This document shows, piece by piece, positions 43,150-54,158 of a stretch of 64,000 bases of DNA. Location of the stretch: the NCBI GenBank assembly GCA_051362555.1, contig CM120642.1, positions 26,784,001-26,848,000 of the forward strand. Direction: 5' to 3'. The position numbers and the translations under genes are program-made. The notes beneath the pieces were generated by a model. That model ran no database searches and was not told the origin of the DNA. It worked only from the letters and a program-made list of their open reading frames with translations. The stretch is from Lingula anatina (Eukaryota; Animalia; Brachiopoda). The number at the start of each line of letters is the position of its first letter. Within the stretch, counting starts at the first letter, position 1.

Positions 43150-43351
43150 TTCCTGCCTGTATGGAGGCACTTGCATAGACCTGGTGAACTCTTTCCGCTG
43201 TCACTGTGCACCAGGGTACACAGGGTCTAACTGCCAGCATAAGATCAATGCCTGTGAGTCCCAACCATGTCTGAACAGTGGGACCTGCTCCCTGGTTGCT
43301 GGCTCATACAAGTGTCATTGTCCCTATGGTTATACTGGACCACAGTGTGAG
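43150..43351 (+). CDS. Notch: Notch exon 19/33, EGF26-27
   Basis: tttcag/gtaagg; SCLYGGTCIDLVNSFRCHCAPGYTGSNCQH...GYTGPQCE. Confidence 0.96.
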
Positions 43352-43600
43352 GTAAGGGAACTGTCACATTATGTATTTTAAGTTTTTAACTCCATATTCT
43401 CCATCTCTTTTTCAGTTTGAAGGCTATGGACTTCATAAAGATACTTAAGAAAGAGAATATTTGACTTATCTTAAGTTACTCACAAGATTTGACTTCAAGT
43501 GCAGCATTCTTACTTGAGTAATGAGGTTTAATATGATAAATCAGTTTGTTGTTTTAAGTACATAGAGGAACTCTTATTCATTCTTGTTGTGGTATTTCAG

Positions 43601-43754
43601 AGCTTTGTGGATTGGTGCAGTCTTGGACCATGTCAAAACGGCGCCACCTGTGAGCAGATAGGGAATCGCTACCAGTGTCTGTGTAAAGCATGGTGGACAG
43701 GGCGTTACTGTGACGTGGGCCTCGTGTCCTGTGCGGTGGCGGCCAACACCAAAG
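43601..43754 (+). CDS. Notch: Notch exon 20/33, EGF28 and start of EGF29
   Basis: tttcag/gtagga; [16 protein letters not shown]...YCDVGLVSCAVAANTK, Notch EGF28/29 signature. Confidence 0.96.
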
Positions 43755-44033
43755 GTAGGACAGCACACAGGAATTGAGTTTGATTTTTGATGGCTAAATT
43801 TTTTTCCTTGTCTCTTGAGCATATTACTAATTACTTCTTAAAAAATTTTCATAGTGACTTTTATTGTAAGTAAAAATGAATATGTATATACATGAGTTTT
43901 TCAGATTTGTATGAAATGATTTAAGTTTCTTTCACAAAAAGTAACAGTGAAGAAGTAATCTGTGTTCATGTGCTTCATTTATATAAATATATATAAGGTG
44001 TAATATACAGATTGGATGATTTCACTTTCATAG

Positions 44034-44677
44034 GCGTCTCCCTGAGCAATCTGTGTGCTCATGGCGGAACATGCCGGGATGTTGGAAACTCCCACGTGTG
44101 CGACTGCCATCCAGGTTACACTGGGAGTTACTGCGAGACTGAGATCAACGAGTGTGAGTCCGTCCCGTGCCAGAATGGCGGTACATGCATAGATGGTATA
44201 GGCACGTACAGGTGTCAGTGCGCCGCGGGCTACAATGGCAGCCAATGTCAGACAGACATAAATGAATGCCTTCCAAAGCCCTGTTACAATGGCGGTACGT
44301 GTCATGACCTTCCCCATGGTTTCCACTGTGCCTGCCGACCTGGGACGCTGGGGAAACTGTGTGAGATTAACGTCGTGGATTGTTACAGTGGGGCGTGTCA
44401 CAACAACGGGACATGCATTGACCGTGTTGGGGGATTCGAATGCCGCTGTCCACCAGGATTTGTTGGCGATCGTTGCGAAGGGGACGTGAACGAGTGCCTG
44501 TCTGATCCTTGCCTGTCACCAGGGTCACAGGATTGTATCCAGTTGGTTAATGATTATCGCTGTGACTGTAACCCCGGCTGGACGGGCCGCCACTGTGAAA
44601 CCTTGCAGGACTTCTGCAGTTCTAATCCCTGCCAAAACAATGCTGCTTGTGCTGGTTCTGTTTGTATCTGTCAACAG
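44034..44677 (+). CDS. Notch: Notch exon 21/33, EGF29-34
   Basis: tcatag/gtaaga; ORF 44012..44701, includes CPPGFVGDRCEGDVNECLSDPC. Confidence 0.97.
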
Positions 44678-44988
44678 GTAAGAACATTTTTCTTGCTATA
44701 ATGAATGCTTTTAGGAGCAAAGTATTTTAGAGATAATACCACCTTAGGAGATTCCGTGAAAATGGTTGATATAAACAGAGGAATAAATGTGAGGTAGCAT
44801 GTTATGTATGGAAACATTAAAAATGGTGTTCAGCCTGTTTTGTTGTCACAAAAAGAGAACATTTCTTGAAAGTTTTTCAGTGCAGTATATATCGAAAATG
44901 GCAGTTAAAAATCTGTATTTATGGAATACTTGTCTGAGGCTTATTAACATCTGTAGACATCTTTTGACTCTTGTGTGTTTGTTTCTAG

Positions 44989-45193
44989 GGTTACTCTGGC
45001 ACATACTGTGAATTCCACCATGTCCAGTGTGCAAGTTCTCCATGCCAGAACGGCGGCAGGTGTATTCCTAATGCACAGAGTTACACCTGTGAATGTCCGC
45101 CAAACTTTGTAGGCGGAGGATGTGAGGTGGACATTAGAAATGAATGTGATTCCAATCCATGCAGAAACAATGGATCCTGTCTCGATAAAGATG
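44989..45193 (+). CDS. Notch: Notch exon 22/33, EGF34 end to EGF36
   Basis: ttctag/gtaagg; [25 protein letters not shown]...[18 protein letters not shown]. Confidence 0.95.
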
Positions 45194-45437
45194 GTAAGGG
45201 AGAGTTTAGAACACTGTTTTTAATGGGAAGAAAATGTTTAAGGAAGATAAACTAAAAGTCATGGAACTGACATTATCAATTGTAGATGGTGTCCTAATCT
45301 TAGCTGACCATTATTTATTGTAAGTTGTGTTTGGTTGAACATTGAAAATTAAGTGGAACCATTTCTTGCACTTTTGTACTACTAGTTATAATAAGTATTG
45401 AAAATGATTAACATCGAATTCACTTCCTTTGCACCAG

Positions 45438-45625
45438 GCTTCTACCAGTGTGACTGTCCACCCTCGTACCGGGGCACCAACTGCCAGGTGTTTGACCCCA
45501 ATGCCCCTGGTGGTATCGGAGAGCCCGTGGGGCCGGACTTCACCACTCTTAGTCCACTGGACATTCTGAGACTGGAGTGCAAAAAACTGGACTGCGACAA
45601 CAAGGCGGGCAATGGGAAATGTGAT
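45438..45625 (+). CDS. Notch: Notch exon 23/33, EGF36 end, linker, LNR-A start
   Basis: caccag/gtaaga; CDCPPSYRGTNCQVFDPNAPGGIG...CDNKAGNGKCD. Confidence 0.95.
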
Positions 45626-45930
45626 GTAAGAGAAAATGTGCTCAAAACATATTGGATTTTTGAATGAAAATTTTTGGAAAAAATTAGTCCAATTTGTGTT
45701 GCTTAAAGTGTAATAAGAAAAAGGTTCTCAACATTCGAAGCTAATGGTTTTTCTGCCTGTTCTCTGCTCACTTTTTGGTGATCTTGGTGAGCAAGTGACT
45801 AACACACAAAACAGACTTGGTTGAAAGTCCCTTAGAATGGTTCAAGTTGCCATGAAGCCTTGTGTAGATTATAAGCAGATCTCTTTTGATACTGTGTGAT
45901 AATCACAAGATTTTGTTCATATTATTTCAG

Positions 45931-46478
45931 GAGGAGTGTAACAAATATGCCTGTGGTTATGACGGTAAAGACTGCTTCGGTGTCTCACCTTGGCAAAACT
46001 GCACTGTAGTCAAAGATGACACATTTTGCTACCAGCTTTTCAACAACAGCATTTGTGACGAGCAGTGTAACACGCCAGAGTGCCTCTTTGATGGTTTCGA
46101 CTGTGAGCCTCGTCTTGGAGAGTGCAACCCCATTTTCGATCCGTACTGTAGGAATCACTATGCGAACGGACACTGCGACAGAGGCTGCAATACGGAGGAA
46201 TGCAACTGGGATGGAGACGATTGTCTTGGAGATGTGCCCTTGCAAACTGCTGATGGTGTCTTGGTCCTCATTGTCCGTGTGCCACCGGATGTTTTCAGGA
46301 ATAAGTCTGTGGACTTCCTACGTAATCTTGGCAGACTTCTTCGCGCTGTGGTCAAAGTAAAGAAGGATGCAAACGGGGCGGACATGATTTATCCTTGGCA
46401 CCCCGAAACCAATGAGGTCAGGGTGAAGAGATTTGTCAAAGATATCCTACGAAGATTTAGAAGAAATGATGATGAATG
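45931..46478 (+). CDS. Notch: Notch exon 24/33, LNR-A/B/C and HD-N (NOD) with S1 loop
   Basis: tttcag/gtaaga; CNKYACGYDGKDC, CLFDGFDC, CNWDGDDC, FLRNLGRLL, MIYPW, RVKR/RFRR. Confidence 0.97.
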
Positions 46479-46956
46479 GTAAGAATTAAGTTTTAATGGT
46501 GTCTCTCTTCTCATAATGTGTCTTAAAAAGTTTGACGGGTAATGCAAATAAAAGGGATTTAGCCATTTTATACAACAGATATCAGTATGATCATAGGAAA
46601 TGGGGAGATGATTGTTGAATGTTAAAGTCATAGTCATGGTCTATTCAAACTGATGTTATTAATGTACAAGATAATAACAAATAGAACTTACATGCATTCC
46701 AATCAGAATATTAACCACATTTTGATGGTTTTAAAGAATTGAATTATTCAAACAGTAATGGGGTTTTTCTAACTATCGGAGGATTTTTGACTTTTTGGAA
46801 GCCAAAAGTATCGATGCTAAGATCGATGCTGAGGGCCTCTTGAGACCCTTATCATATTTTCAGACTTTTTCACGTAGTGGCAGTCTCATCACTGTTAAAA
46901 GTCACTGGTTCCATGTTTGTTGTACAATAGAATTTTATGGGATTTTTTTCTAACAG

Positions 46957-47105
46957 GACCAAAGTGTACTTGGTGGTTGACTTGACCAAGTGTATAGAGC
47001 TTCAGCAAGAATGCCTTGGGACAGCTGACACTGTGGCCCAGTTCATAGCCGCTGCCATTAAGAATAATAATTGGAAACCTTCTTTAGACATATCCAAAGT
47101 CTCAA
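46957..47105 (+). CDS. Notch: Notch exon 25/33, HD-C (NODP)
   Basis: taacag/gtaagt; (W)TKVYLVVDLTKCIELQQECLGTADTVAQFIAAAIKNNNWKPSLDISKVS. Confidence 0.93.
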
Positions 47106-47313
47106 GTAAGTTATGATCTTGGTATTTTCAGGTTTTTAAATTTTTATTTTGTGTATGTGTAAGAAAAGGTTAATTTTGGTTTGTTTTGCCATTCCACTGA
47201 TTTACGTGCTCATATTGCTGAATTGTAGTTTATCAAAATTAAGGTAATTCCATCAGGTGATATTAAACCCTTGTAAACAAGACAAGCATAAACAAATGCG
47301 CTTTATCTTTAAG

Positions 47314-47554
47314 GTGAAGATGGAACAACGGACGTTACACCATCAACTCCAATCAATGTAGCCTATATCGTCATTGGTGCTGTCAGTATCCTAGTGGTTG
47401 CTCTTCTCCTCGGTGTACTCATAACAACGACACGGAAACGCAAGATTGCACGTGGAGTGACCTGGTTCCCCGAAGGTTTCTTTGCGACTGCCAGCCACAA
47501 GAATTCACGGAAGGGTTCCAAGACTAGAAAAGGACCAGATGGGCAGGAGATGAA
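47314..47554 (+). CDS. Notch: Notch exon 26/33, transmembrane helix and RAM
   Basis: tttaag/gtaggt; VAYIVIGAVSILVVALLLGVLITTT RKRK IARGVTWFPEGF (S3-type G/V site, stop-transfer, WFP). Confidence 0.95.
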
Positions 47555-47833
47555 GTAGGTTTTTGCATAAAAGATTTTCATATGCAGTTGCTATAACACT
47601 GTGACATCTTGTGTTGCACAGCACAAAGCAGTTGAATTGTTTGAGTTATTATCAAACTTATTCAGCTTTTTGTAAATGTTGACTGTTGCAGTTTTTTGTC
47701 ATGTAAAAATTCATGTTGAACACAAAAAATTTTGTACGGAACATAAAAGATTATCAGATTATGACTTCAACTTCATCAGGTCGAAAGAGACAATGAAGAA
47801 CAGAAAAAAATAAAGTAAAATTTACTTTTCCAG

Positions 47834-47945
47834 GAACTTCAATGGTGGTCATTGTGATGGTCAAGTGCCCCTGGACGTTACTGACAATGGTTCCCCAGAT
47901 GCATGGAGTGACGATGAACCTCCAATGAAACAAAAGAAAATGAAG
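47834..47945 (+). CDS. Notch: Notch exon 27/33, RAM linker and NLS
   Basis: ttccag/gtaaaa; NFNGGHCDGQVPLDVTDNGSPDAWSDDEPPMKQKKMK (WSDD..PxxKK motif). Confidence 0.92.
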
Positions 47946-48280
47946 GTAAAAAAAAAGAAATGTTTCATCTTTATCAACCTAGCGGGGTACAATAACACTG
48001 GGAGTAACTGAGCATCTGCTGTTTTTGTTGCCATTTGTCTCAAAACATTTAGAAATTTTTTTATGAGAAGTAGATTTGAAAAGGGTGTTCAAAAAAGGGG
48101 TTAAGCATTAAAAATTAACAGCATTGAGAAGTTATGAGGATTAAGTTTAAATTCAAAATATTTGCCTAGGGAAGCAGTTGTCACATGGTAAAAGATTCAA
48201 CCTTAATTGGGAAGATATTCTCTACAATGAAATAATTGATAAACAAAATGTCATAATAATAATAATAATTGTCACTCCAG

Positions 48281-48458
48281 ATGGACCAACAGGGAGATGC
48301 CCAGGTCCATGGAGAAGACTTTGACGAGATGGACACCAGGCAGTGGACACAGCAACACTTGGACGCGGCCAATGTTCACAACCCGTCCATTCTGGCCCTC
48401 ACACCACCGCAAGGTGACGAACATTACGACACCAAGAATGTGGACATTAAAGGACCAG
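48281..48458 (+). CDS. Notch: Notch exon 28/33, RAM-ANK linker
   Basis: ctccag/gtgaga; DTRQWTQQHLDAA...LALTPPQ...VDIKGP. Confidence 0.96.
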
Positions 48459-48668
48459 GTGAGATCATAGGACACTTTGAATTTGATATGAAACCCCTAA
48501 AATGAAAATTAACAATATTTTGGCTTTTGCATCTCCAAAGTTAACTTTACTTTGTTGACCATTATTCTGTCACATCTAATTTGATCATGATGTATGATGG
48601 ATGACCTTTCATTCTAAAAAAAAAAGAGCTCAAACTTGTATTTAAATTATATTTGTCTCTCACTTAAG

Positions 48669-48851
48669 ATGGCCTAACGCCTTTGATGGTGGCGGCAATC
48701 CGAGGGAATGGTCTAGAGTTTGATGATGAAAGCAGCGGTTCTGGGTCAGGGTCAGGGTCAGCCGAGGGTGGTGAAGATGAAGGCGTGGGCAATGTCATAT
48801 CTGATCTACTGATGCAGGGAGCTGCCATTAACATGCAGACTGACAGGACTG
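48669..48851 (+). CDS. Notch: Notch exon 29/33, ankyrin repeat 1
   Basis: cttaag/gtgagt; DGLTPLMVAAIRGNGLE...VISDLLMQGAAINMQTDRT. Confidence 0.95.
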
Positions 48852-49188
48852 GTGAGTAGAAGCAATTAAATTGATGCTCCCAGACAGGTTAAAAGTTTTT
48901 GTGAAAATACTTTACTACTTATATAACTGTGTTTATGGCATATTCTTTAATATGGTAGGACTTGAATATGCTGTTTTTATTTGATGAAATACATTAATAA
49001 GTGGGTAAAATTGACTTACAGTTAGATTACAGCTTACCCAGTTTCACCATTATTCTTCTACATCAATGTGGGGTTATATTAAACATAATGCCACAATATA
49101 TCATTAATAAGTGCTCAATTTCCAAACTTCTTGGTCTTCTGCCCACCTGACCTTACTGTATTCATACACTCATGTATCTGTTCACCAG

Positions 49189-49340
49189 GTGAGACAGCGC
49201 TCCACTTAGCTGCACGAAATGCACGTGCTGATGCAGCAAAACGACTGCTGGATGCGGGTGCCGACCCTAACACGCAGGACAACACTGGCAGAACCCCTCT
49301 CCACACTGCAGTGGCTGCCGATGCTAGCGGAGTCTTCCAG
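49189..49340 (+). CDS. Notch: Notch exon 30/33, ankyrin repeats 2-3
   Basis: caccag/gtataa; [51 protein letters not shown]. Confidence 0.97.
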
Positions 49341-49720
49341 GTATAAAAACACACATAATATTTTGAAATACTTGTCTTCAGCCAGTATTATTGCCAATGT
49401 GAATCAGGTTTAAGTTTTGATTCCTGTGAGTTGAATATTAACTCAGTCAAATTTGAAATGGTAAAAGGGTTCAGTATATATTTCAGTAGTTTGTCTCATT
49501 TCACTCTCAGGAAAAAATGTATGTTATTAACCAATAGGAAAAATCGATTTAGAAACGGATAATGAACATTTCAATCACAGATTTAATCACTTACTGAATT
49601 ATATTGAAAAAAAATGGTAAAGTAATGAACATGTCAAGAGTTATAACATGTCCAGAACACACCAAGAATTATTATTTGACTGTGAATAACGATAAATCAT
49701 TTGATTGTATTTACATTTAG

Positions 49721-49868
49721 ATTTTGCTGAGGAACCGTGCGACCAATCTTAACGCCCGCATGCATGATGGTACCACCCCCCTGATCTTGGCAGTGAGACT
49801 GGCAGTGGAGGGAATGGTAGAGGAACTGATGAATGCTGAGGCAGATGTTAACTCTACTGATGAATATG
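49721..49868 (+). CDS. Notch: Notch exon 31/33, ankyrin repeats 3-4
   Basis: atttag/gtgagt; [49 protein letters not shown]. Confidence 0.97.
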
Positions 49869-50251
49869 GTGAGTCTATCAGACATGAATTTTTTCCCACA
49901 AAATCATGGGATTTCAATATTTCTAATTCAGTGATGATTGGATGTATTGGGAACCCCTGCAGATGAAGTTTTAACCCCTCAGTTTAGTGTATAAAGTTAA
50001 CTTTGGGTTACTTATCCTTTAAAAAATTGTTTTTAAAAGTTAAGTGTATGATGTATTTATTTATGATGCAACTGGATTTATATGTAATATCTTTTGTTTA
50101 CAAAAATATAAAATGTTACACTTGAATCTGTATATTCAATATGATCAAAGAAAATGTCTACTAAAGAAGAACTTCCAATAGTGAGTGCACCTTTGCCTTT
50201 TACTTGTTATTGTATATCTGTAAATATATTTTTTGCTTTCTCTGTATCTAG

Positions 50252-50349
50252 GTAAGACAGCCTTACACTGGGCTGCAGCAGTCAATAATGTGGATGCCAC
50301 CATGGTACTTATGCAGAATGGGGCGAATAGAGACGCCCAGGATAACAAG
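50252..50349 (+). CDS. Notch: Notch exon 32/33, ankyrin repeat 5
   Basis: atctag/gtattt; [33 protein letters not shown]. Confidence 0.96.
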
Positions 50350-50604
50350 GTATTTACACAAGGCATCATCTGTATTTAGATTAATACAAGTCATCGTCTG
50401 AAAAGATGAACTTCAAAGGTTCTATGTATGATACATGTGAAAAAATATTATGGTATGATTTGAGTTGACAGTGAATTTGTGAGCAAAGATCTTTTTATTT
50501 GTATTACATATGTCAAGTATTGCTGTAAAGTAGGTTGAAATTTAATTCCATCTGTATGTAACCGTCAAACTTTCTGTCAATAAATTTATGTGTTATCTTT
50601 ACAG

Positions 50605-51909
50605 GAGCAAACACCGCTGTTTCTGGCAGCAAAGGAAGGAAGTTTGGAAGCAGCAAGGATTCTTTTGGATAACTTTGCAAATCGCGACATCACCGACCAC
50701 ATGGATCGCCTTCCACGAGAGATAGCCGAGGAGAGAATGCACCACGATATAGTGCAGTTACTTGATAGCTATGGGGTGGGCAGCCCCATGATGGCCAACG
50801 GCATGGCCACATCCCCACATATGCAAAATCCACACCAGCAGTTTATGACCCCTAACGGTCACTCAAAGAAGTCCAAGAGCAAGCGGTCACGGCAAAACAG
50901 CACCGGTAGTAGTAATCACAATAATATTCACAAGGGACCCATCTCTCCCGATGGGGCTGACAGAACTGTGGCCAATAAGCCTCCCAGGTCACGGAAAAAG
51001 AAAACCAACAGCCAGAGTAAAAACTCACAACCCAGGAATCTCTCCAGTAGTACAGATTCCTCCCCTCACCACTCCCTGGGTTCACCAGGCAGCTTTAACG
51101 AGCTTACTCAGACTTTCACTGACTCATGCAATGGGCATCTATCTATGGCCCAGCAAGGCATGCATGCTCTAGAGGACATGCATCCGTCGTGTGCATTACA
51201 AACGGGGTACGACGACCCGATGATATCTGGGTACAGTCACACGAGCCCGCACCATCTTGGTGGAGGAGGAGGAGGGCCGGATTCAAATCATTTGGAGTTG
51301 TGGGAGCAGTCACAACAACAGCAAATGTCACAGCAACAACAACAGCAGCAGCAGCAGGCCCAGCGCTTGCCTTCCACTGGTTCACAAGGCAGTTTATCCT
51401 CCATGTCGCCGCCTCTGTCCCACGGGAGTCCCCCCAGCGTGACGTCCCCTGTGAAGAAAAGCTTCCCAACCTCTCCCATGCATCAGCTAGCCATGCAGCA
51501 GAGCCTCCGCATGCAGGCCAGTCCCCCCAATTACTACAACGGCAGTGAGTGCAGTCCACACAGTAGTCCACACAATTACTACAACAGCGACTGCAGTTAT
51601 GGCAACAACGTTCCCCAGCAGCAGACTGCGACGGGATATCGCATTAACGTCGGGATCGGTCAGTACCCGACTCCTCCCTCCCATCACAGCCAGATGAGCA
51701 CAGAGTCGACGCCTCAGCGAATTGCACAGGTGGCGCTACCCGAGCACTACTTGACACCGTCCCCCGACTCTCCTGGCCAATGGTCAAGTTCCTCCCCTCA
51801 CTCGGCACACTCTGATTGGTCAGAAGGGATGAGCAGTCCCGGGCAGCCTGGCATGGCGCTACGCAATAGCAGTGGAAGGCCACACTCGACAGAAGGCATT
51901 TATATTTAA
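50605..51909 (+). CDS. Notch: Notch terminal exon 33/33, ANK6-7, NLS, polyQ, PEST
   Basis: ttacag acceptor; EQTPLFLAAKEGS...DHMDRLPREIA...YLTPSPDSPGQWSSSSPHSAHSDWSEG...EGIYI-stop. Confidence 0.97.
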   Translation, partial: EQTPLFLAAKEGSLEAARILLDNFANRDITDHMDRLPREIAEERMHHDIVQLLDSYGVGSPMMANGMATSPHMQNPHQQFMTPNGHSKKSKSKRSRQNSTGSSNHNNIHKGPISPDGADRTVANKPPRSRKKKTNSQSKNSQPRNLSSSTDSSPHHSLGSPGSFNELTQTFTDSCNGHLSMAQQGMHALEDMHPSCALQTGYDDPMISGYSHTSPHHLGGGGGGPDSNHLELWEQSQQQQMSQQQQQQQQQAQRLPSTGSQGSLSSMSPPLSHGSPPSVTSPVKKSFPTSPMHQLAMQQSLRMQASPPNYYNGSECSPHSSPHNYYNSDCSYGNNVPQQQTATGYRINVGIGQYPTPPSHHSQMSTESTPQRIAQVALPEHYLTPSPDSPGQWSSSSPHSAHSDWSEGMSSPGQPGMALRNSSGRPHSTEGIYI

Positions 51910-52901
51910 TATATCAAGATGTGTGTCTTCATCTGAAAACTTCCTTTTTTTGTGTGTTTTTAGAGACAACTTGTTACACTTCATGATAAGTGCAAATATG
52001 GAATGGATATCACCTATGATATGTTTGAAATGTTTTGTACCTCACTGGGGTAGCTTATTGCCATTCACGAGAAAAAAGATTTAGGATGGATTAACTAAAT
52101 CCATATGGACCAATTATATTATAGTGCATTCCAAGTTAATTAATTTGTGGACCATTGCAAAAAAAAAAGAAACGATATACTACATGGAATGATGTGTATT
52201 TTGAGGGAAAGCAGACGGATATGAGGCATTCTACTTTCAGTGTTAACTTAAATGAACTAACTTCTTGTTTTTATCATTAAGGGTAGTTTTTGTTCACCAT
52301 CACTGAGCCAAGATGCAATTTTGTATATAGGTAACTGTTTTTCAAGCTCTTCAACAGATTCTGAAAGGCAAAGCATGGCTAGTAGTACTTAGGTCATTGC
52401 AATAAGTTCTTCTTGGACCACAGGGTGTTACTCTAGAGATTACTTAAAGATGTGCTTTTTTTGTAATGGGGAAAAAAGTTGAACCTAAGATTGCTTGGTC
52501 AGAAGTGCTTAATTTGAGAAATGGCAAAGAATAAGATATTTTTGTAAATTAAGTATATACCTAACAGATCATGTTGGATTTAATAGAACTCGGTTCTTTA
52601 TATTGTGTAAGTACTCAAAATGTGTTTTGCCATTTTAAAAAGAGGAGCTGTACATATAAATGCGGAAAGTATTCAAAAGTAGCCAGATGTGCACTTGCAA
52701 TGAATTTGTGTACAGCTGCAATGATTAATGGTTGTAAATAAAAAAAGATTAGGTCTAGTCTTGTAATAAAAGTGCAGCAGTTATATTTTTACATGCTCTT
52801 AGCATTGTCACAAGGTATTTTATATAATTCATGTAATTTAGAAATAATTGTAAGTTGAGAGGAATTATTGAGCATAGCAGTTGCGTTACTTGTTAAGATA
52901 T

Positions 52902-52937
<36 letters not shown>

Positions 52938-54152
52938 GTAAGTGCCTATACTGTAACTGCCAAATTTTGCTTATTTTAACAGGGAGATGACTTTCATTTA
53001 TTTATTTTTTCAAATACTGCTTTGTATTTATTTTTCAAAAACTGCGAACTCCCAAATTTCAGTTTCCCAAATTATGTAATTGAAATTGGCATATAACTTT
53101 TTAGTCACTGAATTCCAAATCCAAATTGAACCTTTTTAAATCCTTTGGTGCAAATGAAAACCTATGCATTTTGTTTTACTGTAGTTTCTGCCAACGAAGT
53201 GTATCCTTGAATTTTATGATTTTTCCCAAGGATAGATATATCTGTGCAATTTCAGTCAAATTATATTTTATTCTTATGGTTAACATCATGGTTTAACTGT
53301 AAGAAAAGCATTTCTTTTGTATGGAAACAACGAATGATTTTCAACTTCAGGTGTCTCTTGGCCAATTTTGTTGCATGCTCTGCATTTTGTCTAGTAGCAT
53401 TGACCAACAGATGTTCATGGGAGTTCCTGAACAAATATTTTACATTGCTGCATTTAGTAAGACCTTGTCTGATACTATTATAAGACTTCATTGACTTCAC
53501 CTTGACATGCATTTACATCTACAGTCAAGTCAATAGCACATTTTCTTAAACATTTGTTTCACCCAGAACTTCAACTTCGGCCATGGATGCATAGTTAGCA
53601 TTACAATGAATCTATTTATTTCATTAAGCTAAATTTGTGTGGAAGTAAATGCATTTAAACTCCCCAAAGGGTATAAAATACTATCGTGCCATTTGGAAAT
53701 ACTTTTAGCTTGCAGCGTACCATACTATGCATTTCAATGCACAATGCATTCATTTTTAGGTGTAAATAAGTAATATATTCTTAACTTTAAGTGGACCAAT
53801 TTAGATATTATTATGATTATTATTTATGTTATGCTTGTGTAATTTAGCGAAAGTAGTTATTGTAAATTGTTTTTAGAATGAAACATTTTATTTAGTCGCC
53901 ACCAGTGATGATATTATTCCTCTTAGTATTATATTATTGTAATATTTCATAAGGAGAAGCGAGGATAAACTGTAAAAACACTGCAATATATTGTATTTAC
54001 TCCTCTTTTCACTTATATTCTTTACGTTCACATTTTGTGCCTTTTACGTTGCAAAAGGAAGTTGTAATTACGCGGGCTCACGAGAGGTGGAGCCACATGT
54101 TGGACTTCTGTGTAGTTTGTATTTAGAGTAAGGGTCACAGTATTTATAACGA

Positions 54153-54158
54153 AATAAA
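54153..54158 (+). terminator. Probable distal polyadenylation signal of Notch (3'UTR ~2.25 kb); alternative AATAAA at 52737, 52765, 54243
   Basis: AATAAA followed ~20 nt later by a TGTTTTTGTG GU/U-rich element; coincides with the CpG transition. Confidence 0.55.

Noticed and set aside
36086-51883. Minus-strand and shifted-frame ORFs overlapping Notch exons (e.g. 36086..36595, 43979..44401, 51143..51571)
   Set aside because: Shadow frames of Cys-rich or CAG-rich coding sequence
54075-54094. Small hairpin GGCTC...GAGCC upstream of the polyA signal
   Set aside because: Short stem, compatible with chance
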